A DNA stretch of 64,000 bases from an uncultured Candidatus Saccharibacteria bacterium (GTDB taxonomy: Bacteria > Patescibacteriota > Minisyncoccia > Phycocordibacterales > PALSA-1337), in contig CAZRIX010000001.1 of NCBI GenBank assembly GCA_964600255.1, positions 43,948-107,947 on the forward strand. Direction: 5' to 3'. The notes beneath the pieces were generated by a model. The model had not been told where the DNA came from and ran no database searches. It saw only the letters and a list, made by a program, of their open reading frames with translations. This document shows positions 19,803 to 29,849 of the stretch, piece by piece. Numbering within the stretch: the first letter of the stretch is position 1; each line of letters starts with the position of its first letter. A program made the translations under genes and the position numbers.

Positions 19803-20411
19803 TTAATTACCTGATGGGTCCGAACCTGTAGCACCGGATTCTGATGGTTGTGTACCACCAGTACTAGGTGACCCACTCGGAGAGTTTGATGTACTACCAG
19901 ATCCGCTACCATTTGAATTCCCTGTTGCTGGCGATCCGCTTGGTCCATTGAAAACATTACCTGAACCGCTTGGAGGGTTTGTTGTTCCACTAGTGCCACT
20001 TGAAGGGTTTGTTGTAGCTCCACTCACACTTGGAACTGTATTACCACCAGATGTACTGCCACCACCGCCATTGAAATTCACAAATGATGGTACGGTTCCT
20101 GGTTGTCTACTATCTAACTGTAGTGTATTAGTAAATATTGCGACTATTCCCCAGAACGAAAGTATTACAAAGAATCCAATTACACTGAATAATACGTACT
20201 TACCTGCTTCAGTTCTGTCCTTTTCAGTAAAGAAGTAGATGAATACATTCCAAACAAACACCACAACGGCAAGACCTATGATCAGTGATAAGGCTATGTT
20301 TAGATATTCAGCTACTAGACGCGCTAGATCCTTCAGTGACTTGCCCTGCGCAAAAGTAAAACCGGGTAAAAGTAGTGTTAATAGTAATAATTTGCTTTGT
20401 AATTTATTCAT
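19803..20411 (-). CDS. T4SS-type pilin with Gly/Ser/Thr/Asn-rich tail
   Basis: TFA|Q signal, RTEAGKYVLFSVIGFFVILSFWGIV; low-complexity C-terminus. Confidence 0.75.
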   Translation of the reverse strand: MNKLQSKLLLLTLLLPGFTFAQGKSLKDLARLVAEYLNIALSLIIGLAVVVFVWNVFIYFFTEKDRTEAGKYVLFSVIGFFVILSFWGIVAIFTNTLQLDSRQPGTVPSFVNFNGGGGSTSGGNTVPSVSGATTNPSSGTSGTTNPPSGSGNVFNGPSGSPATGNSNGSGSGSTSNSPSGSPSTGGTQPSESGATGSDPSGN

Positions 20412-20420
20412 AAATATTAA

Positions 20421-20846
20421 TTATTTTTTAAATTGCTGTTCAGTAACCAAACCCGCACTGATGAGTGTGGTCTTAACAACTTCTACCACAACCTTTGAAC
20501 TGATGAGTAAGGCAGTACCTATAACGGCATACATAAACCATTCTTTGGCTTCAGATATAGCACTATCATTACCCTGTGCCATTACAAATTTGAATCCTAT
20601 GTATATAAACATAAGCACGGCCACGATAGATCCAAGATATATCGCCAGATCAACAAGAGTCAGCAGAAGATCACTTATACTATTTACTTTGATTGGATTG
20701 TCGAGTTTGACCACTACTGGTGTCTTGTTGGCAGTTGTATCTAAATTACCTTTATTTGCGGTAGTATCAATAGCAGCATTTGTAATAGGAAAACTATACA
20801 CAAATCCGGAAATTAGTAGAATCGCAATAACTAGTATTTTTTTCAT
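20421..20846 (-). CDS. T4SS-type pilin
   Basis: LDNPI, IYIGFKFVMAQGN..AISEAKEWFMYAVIG. Confidence 0.8.
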   Translation of the reverse strand: MKKILVIAILLISGFVYSFPITNAAIDTTANKGNLDTTANKTPVVVKLDNPIKVNSISDLLLTLVDLAIYLGSIVAVLMFIYIGFKFVMAQGNDSAISEAKEWFMYAVIGTALLISSKVVVEVVKTTLISAGLVTEQQFKK

Positions 20847-21298
20847 TTTGATGGTGTATTAATAAATGTACCGATCACAGTTTTATTCTTCTCTGTCACG
20901 AACCAGTTGACTACCGTGATAACTGAAATCCATGCTACAAGCATTATTATAAACCCCTTAGCCACTGATGGGAAGATCTTCTTTGCTGTACTTATATTAC
21001 CAGAAGTACCTGTCATATACAGAAGTCCTGCATAGGCCATAAGCACAGTGACTATTGGCACGGTTATGAAGAACAGCCAATTTATCGTTGATTTCACCAT
21101 ATTCATTAGTGCATTGAAATCACAAACTTGTTGTCTGTCTTTCTCTAATGGATTACCATTTATATCTTTAGCCACAACACCATCACACTTCACCAACCCG
21201 CTATAATCTAGCTTTACCGGCTGTGCATTCTGCGCAAAAGAAAATACTGGGACAATAAGAGATAAAAATATTGTAAGTGTTATTAGATATTTTTTCAT
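20843..21298 (-). CDS. T4SS-type pilin with Cys pair
   Basis: GLVKC..CDFNAL, YAGLLYMT..AKKIF..GFIIMLVAW. Confidence 0.8.
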   Translation of the reverse strand: MKKYLITLTIFLSLIVPVFSFAQNAQPVKLDYSGLVKCDGVVAKDINGNPLEKDRQQVCDFNALMNMVKSTINWLFFITVPIVTVLMAYAGLLYMTGTSGNISTAKKIFPSVAKGFIIMLVAWISVITVVNWFVTEKNKTVIGTFINTPSK

Positions 21299-22587
21299 TT
21301 GTTTTGTAGTGATAGGTTAAGTTCATCACTTGCATTCTTGATCGCAGTATATGTATCCAAACGACCACTTGTGACAGATTGGACCATATTTGTAAATATT
21401 TGGTTTGATCTTACAGGGTCAGCGTCCAGCCAACCTCGTGAAATAAGCGCTGCATCCAAGAAGCTTGCCATATATGGATTGGTAGATCCTTGAGCTATTA
21501 CATCACGCCTAACTGATGGTAAAAATGTTATCTTGCTCAAGATAGACATAGCGTCGCCTGCTGTAAGTATTCGCATAACATTATATGTATTTGCTTGATT
21601 TTGTGAACTTTTTACCAATGACAATCCATACATATTTCCGTATGTAGTTCGTATTGTACCAGTTCTAGCTTGAGGTATCGGAGCAACATCGTAGTCTATG
21701 TTTGGATTCTTTTGCCTTAATTCATTTACCTCTGAAGCAAAACCAAAATATGTAGCCAGGGTTCCAGCTAGGAAACTTGCTTTTGATGATGGTAATGACC
21801 TATTCCAAGAATAGTGTGAATCTCTAGGATCTGAAAACTGAGTAAAGAAAGTCAGTGCAGGTGTAGAAGTTCTAGAACCTGAATATGAACTGTCACTTAG
21901 CCCACTCTGTATACCAGCTGAACCATATAGTGTTACAGGATTACCAGCCTGAAGGAATAGAGTGCTTAGGATTTCTCTAGCATGATCAATATTTGCGAAC
22001 TCTCCCATAGCTATAGAACTTCTTCTAATATTTGAATTGATATCCTTGATGTCTATTTTCTTTCCTATATTTGCAAACTCATCCCAATACACTGGGTACT
22101 TTGCTATACCTGCATTTGTAAACATTGTTCTATTCCAATACATGACCATAGGATCCACTAGGAAAGGAATAGCTGTGAAGCCTGTTTGTGTAATATACAA
22201 ATCTGATTGGCCAATAAATGTATCTTGATATGCACGCTGTGACAGTGCAGTGTTTGGAATCTCGATAATCTTATCTACTAGACCCAATATGTACTGCTGC
22301 GGTACTAGTATTGCGTCGGGGCCTCTACCATTTGCTAGCTCCTCTATGAACTGTCTTCTAAAGTCTGCTGCGGGTATTTGGACATAGTTGATACTCAATG
22401 CTGATGCACGTGTCTGGTTCAACTGATTGACCATCTCGGTAATAGTAGAAGATGGTAGAGTTCCCCATATCGTTACTGTTGGTAACTGAGTTGATGTATT
22501 ACTACTTTTGAATGTGGCGAAAGCAATAACTCCGATCACGATACAAAAAACAAAAACTCCAGTTAAAATTATTTGAAATTTACTCAT
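21295..22587 (-). CDS. Extracellular solute-binding protein (sugar family 1-like), TM-anchored
   Basis: VTIWG, GRGPD, IPFLVDPMVMYWNRTMF, YDVAPIPQ. Confidence 0.85.
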   Translation of the reverse strand: MSKFQIILTGVFVFCIVIGVIAFATFKSSNTSTQLPTVTIWGTLPSSTITEMVNQLNQTRASALSINYVQIPAADFRRQFIEELANGRGPDAILVPQQYILGLVDKIIEIPNTALSQRAYQDTFIGQSDLYITQTGFTAIPFLVDPMVMYWNRTMFTNAGIAKYPVYWDEFANIGKKIDIKDINSNIRRSSIAMGEFANIDHAREILSTLFLQAGNPVTLYGSAGIQSGLSDSSYSGSRTSTPALTFFTQFSDPRDSHYSWNRSLPSSKASFLAGTLATYFGFASEVNELRQKNPNIDYDVAPIPQARTGTIRTTYGNMYGLSLVKSSQNQANTYNVMRILTAGDAMSILSKITFLPSVRRDVIAQGSTNPYMASFLDAALISRGWLDADPVRSNQIFTNMVQSVTSGRLDTYTAIKNASDELNLSLQNK

Positions 22588-23108
22588 TGTTTTTTAAATA
22601 TAATACCATAATGATGATCTCCGGCATCAAAAGTCTTCTCTATTGTAAGACCTACCTTTTGGAAAATACCTTCAGCAAGCATCTGTGGAACTAGTGTCTT
22701 TGGACTCAATGGACTTCCAGATGACCAATCGATAACTAGAAGCTTACCTCCGGACTTCAGAAGTCTCTTTACCTCAAGTGCTAGGTTGTCTCTATCTGCA
22801 ACTTCTATTTGGAAGAGTGTATTTGAAAGAATTACACGATCAGCGATCGCTTCACGAAGTTTTGTTCCACCTAGTTTTTCTATATTACCCCAAACAACCT
22901 CGATATTGCGTAGACCGGCAAGTGCCCCACTGTTTTTAATCTTGTTCAAAAGATCTTGTTGAACATCTACTGCATATACTCGTCCAGAAGCACCGGCTTT
23001 CTTGGCTGCTTCTATTGTATAGAAACCTGATCCAGCACCTAGGTCGACAACTTTCATACCATGGTCGATACCTAACATTGCTATATTTTTTTGAGGGTCA
23101 GAAAACAT
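22584..23108 (-). CDS. Class I SAM-dependent methyltransferase
   Basis: VVDLGAGSG, VYAVD, LKSGGKLLVIDW. Confidence 0.9.
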   Translation of the reverse strand: MFSDPQKNIAMLGIDHGMKVVDLGAGSGFYTIEAAKKAGASGRVYAVDVQQDLLNKIKNSGALAGLRNIEVVWGNIEKLGGTKLREAIADRVILSNTLFQIEVADRDNLALEVKRLLKSGGKLLVIDWSSGSPLSPKTLVPQMLAEGIFQKVGLTIEKTFDAGDHHYGIIFKKQ

Positions 23109-23165
23109 GCAATTATTATAACATAGGAAATAAAAAACAAGAGCGATTTAAGATATTGTATGCAA

Positions 23166-23275
23166 AAGAGAATGAAATATACGCCTCAGGACACGCACTA
23201 TCGCCTACTGGCGATGTACTAGTTCTCGACGTCTCCACGTCTCCGAAATGTCCTTCGTCATACATTTCATTCTCT
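23166..23275. other. Multi-stem structured intergenic element
   Basis: AGAGAATGAAAT/ATTTCATTCTCT outer stem, AGGACA/TGTCCT, internal hairpins ATCGCC/GGCGAT and GACGT/ACGTC. Confidence 0.7.
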
Positions 23276-23293
23276 CTTCTTTTTTACCAACAA

Positions 23294-25774
23294 TTATAAA
23301 CAAATAAGTGACGCCAATGAATCCCCATCTCTTAGCTTCATCACACGCACTCCTTGAGTTGAACGGCCTAGAGTTGGAATTTCATTTAGATTTACACGGA
23401 TAACTTGACTCTTCTTTGACATTGCCACCATTTCTTCGATCTCATCTGTAACAACCTTTGCAGCAATCAATGGACCTGTCTTGTCTGTGACGTTCATAGT
23501 TAGAATACCTGAGCCACCACGATTCTGTGTCTTGTATTCTTCAAGTTTTGTTTTCTTTCCATATCCATGAGCACCCATTACGAATAGTTTTGGATTCTTT
23601 GCGTCCTTTGATACAACATCAGCACTGATAACCGCATCGTCTTTACCAAGCTTTATCACACGAACTCCGGCTGCATTTCTGCCCATCTCACGAACGTCTT
23701 CAGCTTCGAAGCGGATTGATTGACCGTCACGAGTTGCAATAACCACATCATCATTCTTTGATACAAATGATGCAGACATTAGCTCATCACCATCTTCTAG
23801 TGTGATAGCGATCAAACCAGAACGACGAACGTCATGGAAATGTGTAGCTGAACTCTTCTTTCCTGTTCCATTCTTTGTAACCATCATCAAAGCTAGACCA
23901 TCTGCTTCCTTTTTGTTCTTTGGCATTGGCAAAATAGATGTGATTTTCTCTGATTCTGAAAGTGATAGGAAATTCATCACTGACTTACCACGAGTAGCTC
24001 TTTTACCCTCTGGAAGATCGTACATTTTGATCTGATATGCCTTTCCTTTATCTGTAAAGAAAAGAAGATCGTTGTGAGCATTGGCATAAACTAGGTGAGT
24101 AATGAAATCCTCTTCCTTTGTATCTAGATCAACAACTCCAACACCGCCACGCTTCTGCTGGCGATATTCATCTGGATTTGTGCGCTTTATGTAACCTCCC
24201 TTTGTAAGGACAAGTACACTTTCCTGATCTGGAATCAAATCTTCTGGATTGAAATCCTTTAGACCATGCTTTATCAAACGAGTACGTCTCTCGTCACCAT
24301 ACTTTGCCTTTATTTCAACCAATTCATCACGTATGATTCCGCGGATCTTTTTCTCACTACCTAGAATCTCTTTCAGCTTAGCGATAAGTTCCTGGATCTC
24401 AGCCAATTCATCTAGAACTTTCTTTCTCTCTAGACCAGCGAGCTTTTGCAAACGCATTTCAAGAATAGCTGTAGCTTGCTTTTCTGAGAATTTGAACTTT
24501 TTCATCAAATTAGCATGAGCCTCAACAGCATCCTTTGAACTACGGATCAAAGTTATGATTTCATCGATATGATCTAGAGCCTTTTTCAAGCCTAATAGAA
24601 TATGCTCGCGCTCTTCTGCTTTATTCAAATCAAATTGTGTACGACGGCGAACAACCTCAACTCTGTGTAGGATGAATTCTTCTAGGATAGACTTTAGAGA
24701 TAGAGTTTGAGGAACACCGTTTACCAGAGCAACTGTATTTACATGGAAAGTATCTTCGAGTTGAGTATGCTTGTAGATGTAGTTTAAAACCTTTTCTGGA
24801 TATGCACCGTTCTTGAGATCGATAACGATACGCATCTCTTTGTCTGATTCATCACGAAGACCCTTGATACCTTCGATAGCTTTGTCGCGAACTAGGTCTG
24901 CGATTCTCACTATCAATTCTGACTTGTTTACACGGTATGGAATTGAACTGATGATGATTTGGAATTGACCTTTCTTGTCTTCAACTATTTCTGCTTCACC
25001 ACGAACAACGATCCCTCCACGACCTGTTGAATATGCATGCTGGATATCCTTTTCTCCATACATAATTCCTCCAGTTGGGAAATCTGGACCCTTAATGAAT
25101 TGCAGTAGATCTTCTGTAGTTGCATTTTTGTTTTCTATCAAATGAGTAGTTGCATCTACAACCTCACCTAGGTTGTGAGGAGCTATATTTGTTGCCATAC
25201 CCACAGCAATACCCAAAGTTCCATTCAAAAGTAGGTTTGGAACAGCGGTTGGTAGAACTACTGGCTCTTTGCGTGTACCGTCGTAGTTTGGACGGAACTC
25301 CACAGTATCTTTCTCAATATCACGAAGAAGTTCAGCAGCAGGACGAGACATCTTGGCCTCGGTATAACGCATAGCAGCTGCTGGATCTCCGTCAATGTTA
25401 CCGAAGTTACCTTGACCTTGGATTAGCTGATATCTCATCTTAAAATCCTGAGCCATACCTACCATAGAATCGTAAACAGCAACGTCACCGTGAGGGTGGT
25501 AGTTACCAAGCACGTCTCCCACAACAACGGCAGACTTACGGAACTTTGCAGAGGCGGTTAGTCCCTTTTCATGCATTGCATAAAGGATTCTGCGGTGCAC
25601 AGGCTTCAAACCATCACGAACATCTGGAAGTGCACGTGCAGTAATAACTGACATGGCATAGTCCAAGTATGACTCACGCATTTCGGCCGTTATGTTTCTT
25701 GCGACAATTCCAAGCGCTGGATCTCGAGCTTCTGGAGCATCATTCTTCTCAGTTATTTCTGGTTTTTTTGCCAT
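23294..25774 (-). CDS. gyrA: DNA gyrase subunit A
   Basis: [22 protein letters not shown], GyrA-box QKRGGVG. Confidence 0.98.
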   Translation of the reverse strand: MAKKPEITEKNDAPEARDPALGIVARNITAEMRESYLDYAMSVITARALPDVRDGLKPVHRRILYAMHEKGLTASAKFRKSAVVVGDVLGNYHPHGDVAVYDSMVGMAQDFKMRYQLIQGQGNFGNIDGDPAAAMRYTEAKMSRPAAELLRDIEKDTVEFRPNYDGTRKEPVVLPTAVPNLLLNGTLGIAVGMATNIAPHNLGEVVDATTHLIENKNATTEDLLQFIKGPDFPTGGIMYGEKDIQHAYSTGRGGIVVRGEAEIVEDKKGQFQIIISSIPYRVNKSELIVRIADLVRDKAIEGIKGLRDESDKEMRIVIDLKNGAYPEKVLNYIYKHTQLEDTFHVNTVALVNGVPQTLSLKSILEEFILHRVEVVRRRTQFDLNKAEEREHILLGLKKALDHIDEIITLIRSSKDAVEAHANLMKKFKFSEKQATAILEMRLQKLAGLERKKVLDELAEIQELIAKLKEILGSEKKIRGIIRDELVEIKAKYGDERRTRLIKHGLKDFNPEDLIPDQESVLVLTKGGYIKRTNPDEYRQQKRGGVGVVDLDTKEEDFITHLVYANAHNDLLFFTDKGKAYQIKMYDLPEGKRATRGKSVMNFLSLSESEKITSILPMPKNKKEADGLALMMVTKNGTGKKSSATHFHDVRRSGLIAITLEDGDELMSASFVSKNDDVVIATRDGQSIRFEAEDVREMGRNAAGVRVIKLGKDDAVISADVVSKDAKNPKLFVMGAHGYGKKTKLEEYKTQNRGGSGILTMNVTDKTGPLIAAKVVTDEIEEMVAMSKKSQVIRVNLNEIPTLGRSTQGVRVMKLRDGDSLASLICL

Positions 25775-25887
25775 GGTTTTGTTGTGTTTTTGATAATTTT
25801 ATTTGGAAAGTATAGCAAAAAAATGGAGTTTTGTCGCGGTTATGTCTGTATTGACTTTGTGCCAAATAAATGTTATGATATGGTCTG

Positions 25888-26163
25888 ATGAAAAGAATTC
25901 AAATGGTGGGTGTCGCCATTGCTGCATACACTCTCTTAATTACAGTGGAGTACCTTTACCTAAATATATGGTGGTCGATGCCGATTTGGTTATTATCGGG
26001 CGTGACTGCATATAGACTCTCTAACCAGAAGGAGAGTCGCTACGCAATAATGATCCTGTCCTGCATCGCAGGACTGTTCTCTCTCGCCTATCTACTCGGA
26101 TACGTAGTGGCAGAGTACGACATAGAGAGAATTACAAACCCCGGTAAAAAAACCGGGGCATAA
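25888..26163 (+). CDS. Small 3-TM hypothetical protein
   Basis: TTGACT-17-TATGAT promoter just upstream; terminator 26171-26211. Confidence 0.6.
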   Translation: MKRIQMVGVAIAAYTLLITVEYLYLNIWWSMPIWLLSGVTAYRLSNQKESRYAIMILSCIAGLFSLAYLLGYVVAEYDIERITNPGKKTGA

Positions 26164-26220
26164 TCAAATTTCGCCCGCGGCACATCAAGTGTTCCGGGCG
26201 ATATTCTTTTTATAAACAAA

Positions 26221-26565
26221 CTATCTCTCCCCTCCTACAATTTCTATTTGCGATGAATACTCTGTTTTGTTTGATCCGAAGATAATACTCTTTACATCAT
26301 CAAAAACTCCAACAGCAGAAGCACTGAGTGAAGAAATTGGTGAATCTACTTTTGCACTTTGTGTCTCTTTCGAATTTGTCTGTGCACCATTTACATCCTT
26401 TGTGGTATTTGCACTTGTATCTGCTAGTACTGGAGAATTGCTAAATCCATATGAAGCAATCCATCCTACAAAAATTAGAGCTGATATAGAAAAAGAAACG
26501 ACAAAGGCATATTTCCTTCGAATATGCTCTGGTTTGCCCTTCATTTTCTCTATGTGTTCAAACAT
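26221..26565 (-). CDS. Hypothetical single-TM protein
   Basis: KPEHIRRKYAF then TM; extended -10 (TGATAAAAT) 6 nt before ATG. Confidence 0.7.
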   Translation of the reverse strand: MFEHIEKMKGKPEHIRRKYAFVVSFSISALIFVGWIASYGFSNSPVLADTSANTTKDVNGAQTNSKETQSAKVDSPISSLSASAVGVFDDVKSIIFGSNKTEYSSQIEIVGGER

Positions 26566-26637
26566 GTATATATTTTATCACAGAAATCTTTTGCAAACAT
26601 CAACGTAACGGAAATATTCTAGCGGTAGATGAATGTA

Positions 26638-27276
26638 CTACTCATTTACAGAATCCAAAAGCACAATATCACCTTCTTTTCCTTCTAGATCCTTTTTCTT
26701 TAGAGTAAGCTTTGGCTCAGACTTTGGATTCTCCCCTGCTTCTTTTAGGAAAACCTTCAGAGCGTCTTTTTCTCCAATATCACCAAAATGCATTGGGATT
26801 ATAATCTTTGGTTCAAGTGATACGGCTAGCTTGTAAGCCTTTGCAGGATCGAGCACACCATCTCCACCAATTGGAACGAATAGAATATCGATCTCGTCTA
26901 GAGCCTCGACAGTTTCATTCTTTAGCTCAGCGCTATTGTTTGCACCCAAGAAACAAATGTTCATATTCTCAAGAGATACTGTATATATAGTATTTACCAA
27001 ATCTTTGCCACCGTATTTAGACTCTGAAGGAAGGCCTTTGATGAAAACTTCCTTTACCTCATATTCACCGGGACCTGATATTACGAAAGGTTTCTTTTCT
27101 CCGTGAGTCACCTGATCTACTCCATTGAAGTCCTCATGATATGTACTTGTAAGAACAATGTCGGCTCCGAAGCGACTAGACTTTAACTTTGACTCTTTAG
27201 AAATAGGATTAAAAGCAAGCGTTGTATCGCCAAACTGTACCTTAAAAAATTCACCTCCGTAATATGTAATAATCAT
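26638..27276 (-). CDS. MBL-fold protein with degenerate metal ligands
   Basis: MIITYYG, ISGPGEYEV, IDILFVPIGG, PKIIIPMHF; start moved to 27276. Confidence 0.8.
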   Translation of the reverse strand: MIITYYGGEFFKVQFGDTTLAFNPISKESKLKSSRFGADIVLTSTYHEDFNGVDQVTHGEKKPFVISGPGEYEVKEVFIKGLPSESKYGGKDLVNTIYTVSLENMNICFLGANNSAELKNETVEALDEIDILFVPIGGDGVLDPAKAYKLAVSLEPKIIIPMHFGDIGEKDALKVFLKEAGENPKSEPKLTLKKKDLEGKEGDIVLLDSVNE

Positions 27277-27317
27277 AGTGAGTGCATTATAACAGAAAGA
27301 TATGATATCGTTAATAC

Positions 27318-27992
27318 ATGCAAGAAAATATCTGGGAAAAGGAATATCGCGATCCAACCTTGGTTAGTCTAAGTGACGTACCTGCACAATGTGTGAGGGA
27401 TTTTGCGCGTTTCTTGAGAAAGGAGAAAAAAATAGAGCTAGACAATCTCAATATTCTCGATCTTGGCTGTGGAAATGGCAAGAATAGTCACTATATAGCC
27501 GAGCAAGGTTTGAACAATAAGATTACAGGCATAGAAATATCTGATACCGTTCTCAATCATGCTCGTAAGCTCGTTCCAAATGGGAATTTCATAAAGCAAA
27601 GTATAGGGATCAAATGGCCAGTAGCTGATCAGAGTTTTGATATCGTTCTAGATGTCACTTGTTCAAATTCATTAAATGAACAAGAAAGAGCCGTCTATTT
27701 ATCTGAATTACAAAGAAGCCTGAAGCCTGGTGGTTACTTTTTCCTTAGAGCACTTTGCAAAGATGGGGACAAAAACGCACAGAATTTACTAAAAACAAAT
27801 CCAGGTACAGAGAAAGACACGTATATAATGCCAGGATTAAGATTAACTGAGAGAGTTTTCTCTAAGGAAGACCTGTTGGCGACGTATTCTAGTCTAGGTG
27901 AGCCTTTGTATTTGGACAAAGAAGTCCATTATACGCAGTTCGGAGGAAAGTCTTATAAAAGAAATTTCTGGGTTGGGGTGTGGGGGAAGTAA
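27318..27992 (+). CDS. Class I SAM-dependent methyltransferase
   Basis: ILDLGCGNGKN, LKPGG. Confidence 0.9.
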   Translation: MQENIWEKEYRDPTLVSLSDVPAQCVRDFARFLRKEKKIELDNLNILDLGCGNGKNSHYIAEQGLNNKITGIEISDTVLNHARKLVPNGNFIKQSIGIKWPVADQSFDIVLDVTCSNSLNEQERAVYLSELQRSLKPGGYFFLRALCKDGDKNAQNLLKTNPGTEKDTYIMPGLRLTERVFSKEDLLATYSSLGEPLYLDKEVHYTQFGGKSYKRNFWVGVWGK

Positions 27993-28000
27993 ATAGACGA

Positions 28001-28624
28001 TTATTTATCCAGAGATTCTACTGGTCGGAAACTGAAGTCTCGGATTATCCAATTTGCCCATTGTACATTATCTGGATATTTCTTACTCTTTATTAAATAG
28101 TGAATAATCAGTTTCTTCCCTACAGGATTTTCCACCAAAACATAATTGTACATGTCGTTATCTCTCAGAGCGTAACCTGTACCATTTTCTCCATTAAATT
28201 TATCTTCTAAGGTAAATGAATACGCGGGATTACCAGCAAAAGTTATTTGCTTCAAATCTCCAACCTTTGGATCATTACTTTTACTACTATCATCCAACTG
28301 CATGTTTCTAATACGTTGAGCATATTCTAAAAGTGGAGTTGTTGTTGGCTCATTAAGATCAACATTTATAGAGAAAATTTCACTTTCACCTGGAATTTCG
28401 AGATAAATATCTTTTTGAACCTCGAGAGAATTTCTGCCGTAATCATTGTCTGTACCCATTTTCATAAAAGATGGATAATCTAAAATGTATCTGTAAGTAT
28501 TGTTCATATACCTAAAAGAACTTTCTACCTTCCTCTTTTCTTTAGTGCTAGATAAATTTACCAGAGTCAAAACGACAGCTAGTAATATTAGTAATATAAA
28601 CAATAACGTTAAATTTTTCTTCAT
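28001..28624 (-). CDS. Hypothetical exported protein (PsbP-like)
   Basis: N-terminal TM, Y..NTYRYILDYP, ITFAGNPAY. Confidence 0.6.
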   Translation of the reverse strand: MKKNLTLLFILLILLAVVLTLVNLSSTKEKRKVESSFRYMNNTYRYILDYPSFMKMGTDNDYGRNSLEVQKDIYLEIPGESEIFSINVDLNEPTTTPLLEYAQRIRNMQLDDSSKSNDPKVGDLKQITFAGNPAYSFTLEDKFNGENGTGYALRDNDMYNYVLVENPVGKKLIIHYLIKSKKYPDNVQWANWIIRDFSFRPVESLDK

Positions 28625-28670
28625 TATAATTAAATACTAGCACTAATTAAAAATTTAAGGAAGAATTAAA

Positions 28671-28759
28671 TTGACTTTGAGCATGACTCGGCTATAATTT
28701 GTACATTATACGGACATGGTCGCATCGAGATTCCCCGCCTTAAAGCGGGGTTTCGTTTT
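28671..28759 (+). ncRNA. Candidate small RNA unit convergent to the MazF/PemK gene
   Basis: TTGACT 28671-76, TATAAT 28693-98, then about 55 nt ending in CCCCGC/GCGGGG hairpin and T-tract; no protein-sized ORF. Confidence 0.55.
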
Positions 28760-29156
28760 ATATAAAAGAGTTCATGCTTTTCTCCTTTATTAATTCAAAT
28801 TCTACTTCTCCAAGTCTCCTGATTAATCTAAGTAACCTGTTTGAGCTGTAAGATCTGATTTGATTCAATAATATGTAATTTAACTCCCCTTTATATAGTA
28901 TTGTGTATTTTAAATCTCTCTTATTTTTCTGTGATGTAATCGGTAAACCGATAAATGAATTTTCATTGAACTTCTTTAAAATTAAAACTGGTCTTTCAAA
29001 ATTATCATGTTTCCCATCAATCTCATTTCCGATATTTACTCCTGTTGATGTCCACCAAATTTCTCTATCCAAGAAAAAGAAAGAGTCTGGTAATACCCTC
29101 TTGTTTAGATCTTTTTTCTTATTGTTCCATTTATCATAATCCTTCTCATAACCCAT
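28758..29156 (-). CDS. PemK/MazF family endoribonuclease toxin, no adjacent antitoxin ORF
   Basis: REIWWTSTGVNIGNEIDGK, RPVLILKK, LPITS, NQIRSYSSNRL. Confidence 0.88.
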   Translation of the reverse strand: MGYEKDYDKWNNKKKDLNKRVLPDSFFFLDREIWWTSTGVNIGNEIDGKHDNFERPVLILKKFNENSFIGLPITSQKNKRDLKYTILYKGELNYILLNQIRSYSSNRLLRLIRRLGEVEFELIKEKSMNSFI

Positions 29157-29253
29157 CCCTCAATTATGATAAATAGAAAAACTAAAACAATAGTAAAAAA
29201 TATAATAATTTTAACAATTTTTCATTCCGCGGGGATATGTTGGGGATAAGTAG

Positions 29254-29285
29254 AAAGACCGCTCAAGCTTTCGCTTGGCGGTCTG
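29254..29285 (-). terminator. Intrinsic terminator of the HAD gene
   Basis: AGACCGC..GCGGTCT stem with AAGC/GCTT inner pairs. Confidence 0.65.
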
Positions 29286-29306
29286 TTGTGTGGGTTTATG
29301 ACAACC

Positions 29307-29768
29307 CTATTTTCGCAATGTCGCGATAAGTGCAGATCGATCAATGAGCAAATCGAGCGCGTCTAAGATTGAAGTTGTAACGATGTCCGAATTTAAAAGC
29401 ACCTGTACATGTACACCCTCAGACTGAATCGTAACTATTCTGAGCTTGACCACCTTCATGAGCTCTAGATCTATCAAACCGTTGCCAATAGACACGCAAG
29501 TATCGGGATTGAGCTTTAACGCTTCATACCTTTTTGCGTCTCCATTTTCAGCCAAAATCCAATCAATACCCAATTCAGCAGCGATTTGATCTGCATTGTT
29601 GCGTGTATTGCCAGTAAAGAACAGGATATGATATCCAAGGTCCTTTAATCGTGTAAGGCGTTCCTTTACTCCTTCGGGGATTACTCCCATGACGGTTAAA
29701 GTGCCGTTAAGATCGAGAATGAGAGTTTTAAGCTCCAACTGACCGACACCGGGAATTTGGTATACCAT
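29307..29768 (-). CDS. HAD family hydrolase (soluble P-type ATPase-like)
   Basis: LDLNGTL, TG, K, IGNG.ID, final LIATLR. Confidence 0.85.
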   Translation of the reverse strand: MVYQIPGVGQLELKTLILDLNGTLTVMGVIPEGVKERLTRLKDLGYHILFFTGNTRNNADQIAAELGIDWILAENGDAKRYEALKLNPDTCVSIGNGLIDLELMKVVKLRIVTIQSEGVHVQVLLNSDIVTTSILDALDLLIDRSALIATLRK

Positions 29769-29849
29769 TGATTGATTATATGAAATTTAAATTTAATATT
29801 CAAATCTCCCCTCGACATTTGCCATCTTTTATACTATAGTATCTCCTAC

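Noticed and set aside
23166-23275. Hammerhead ribozyme or tRNA interpretation of the junction element
   Set aside because: No CUGANGA/GAAA core in the right arrangement on either strand, and no T-loop or anticodon arm.
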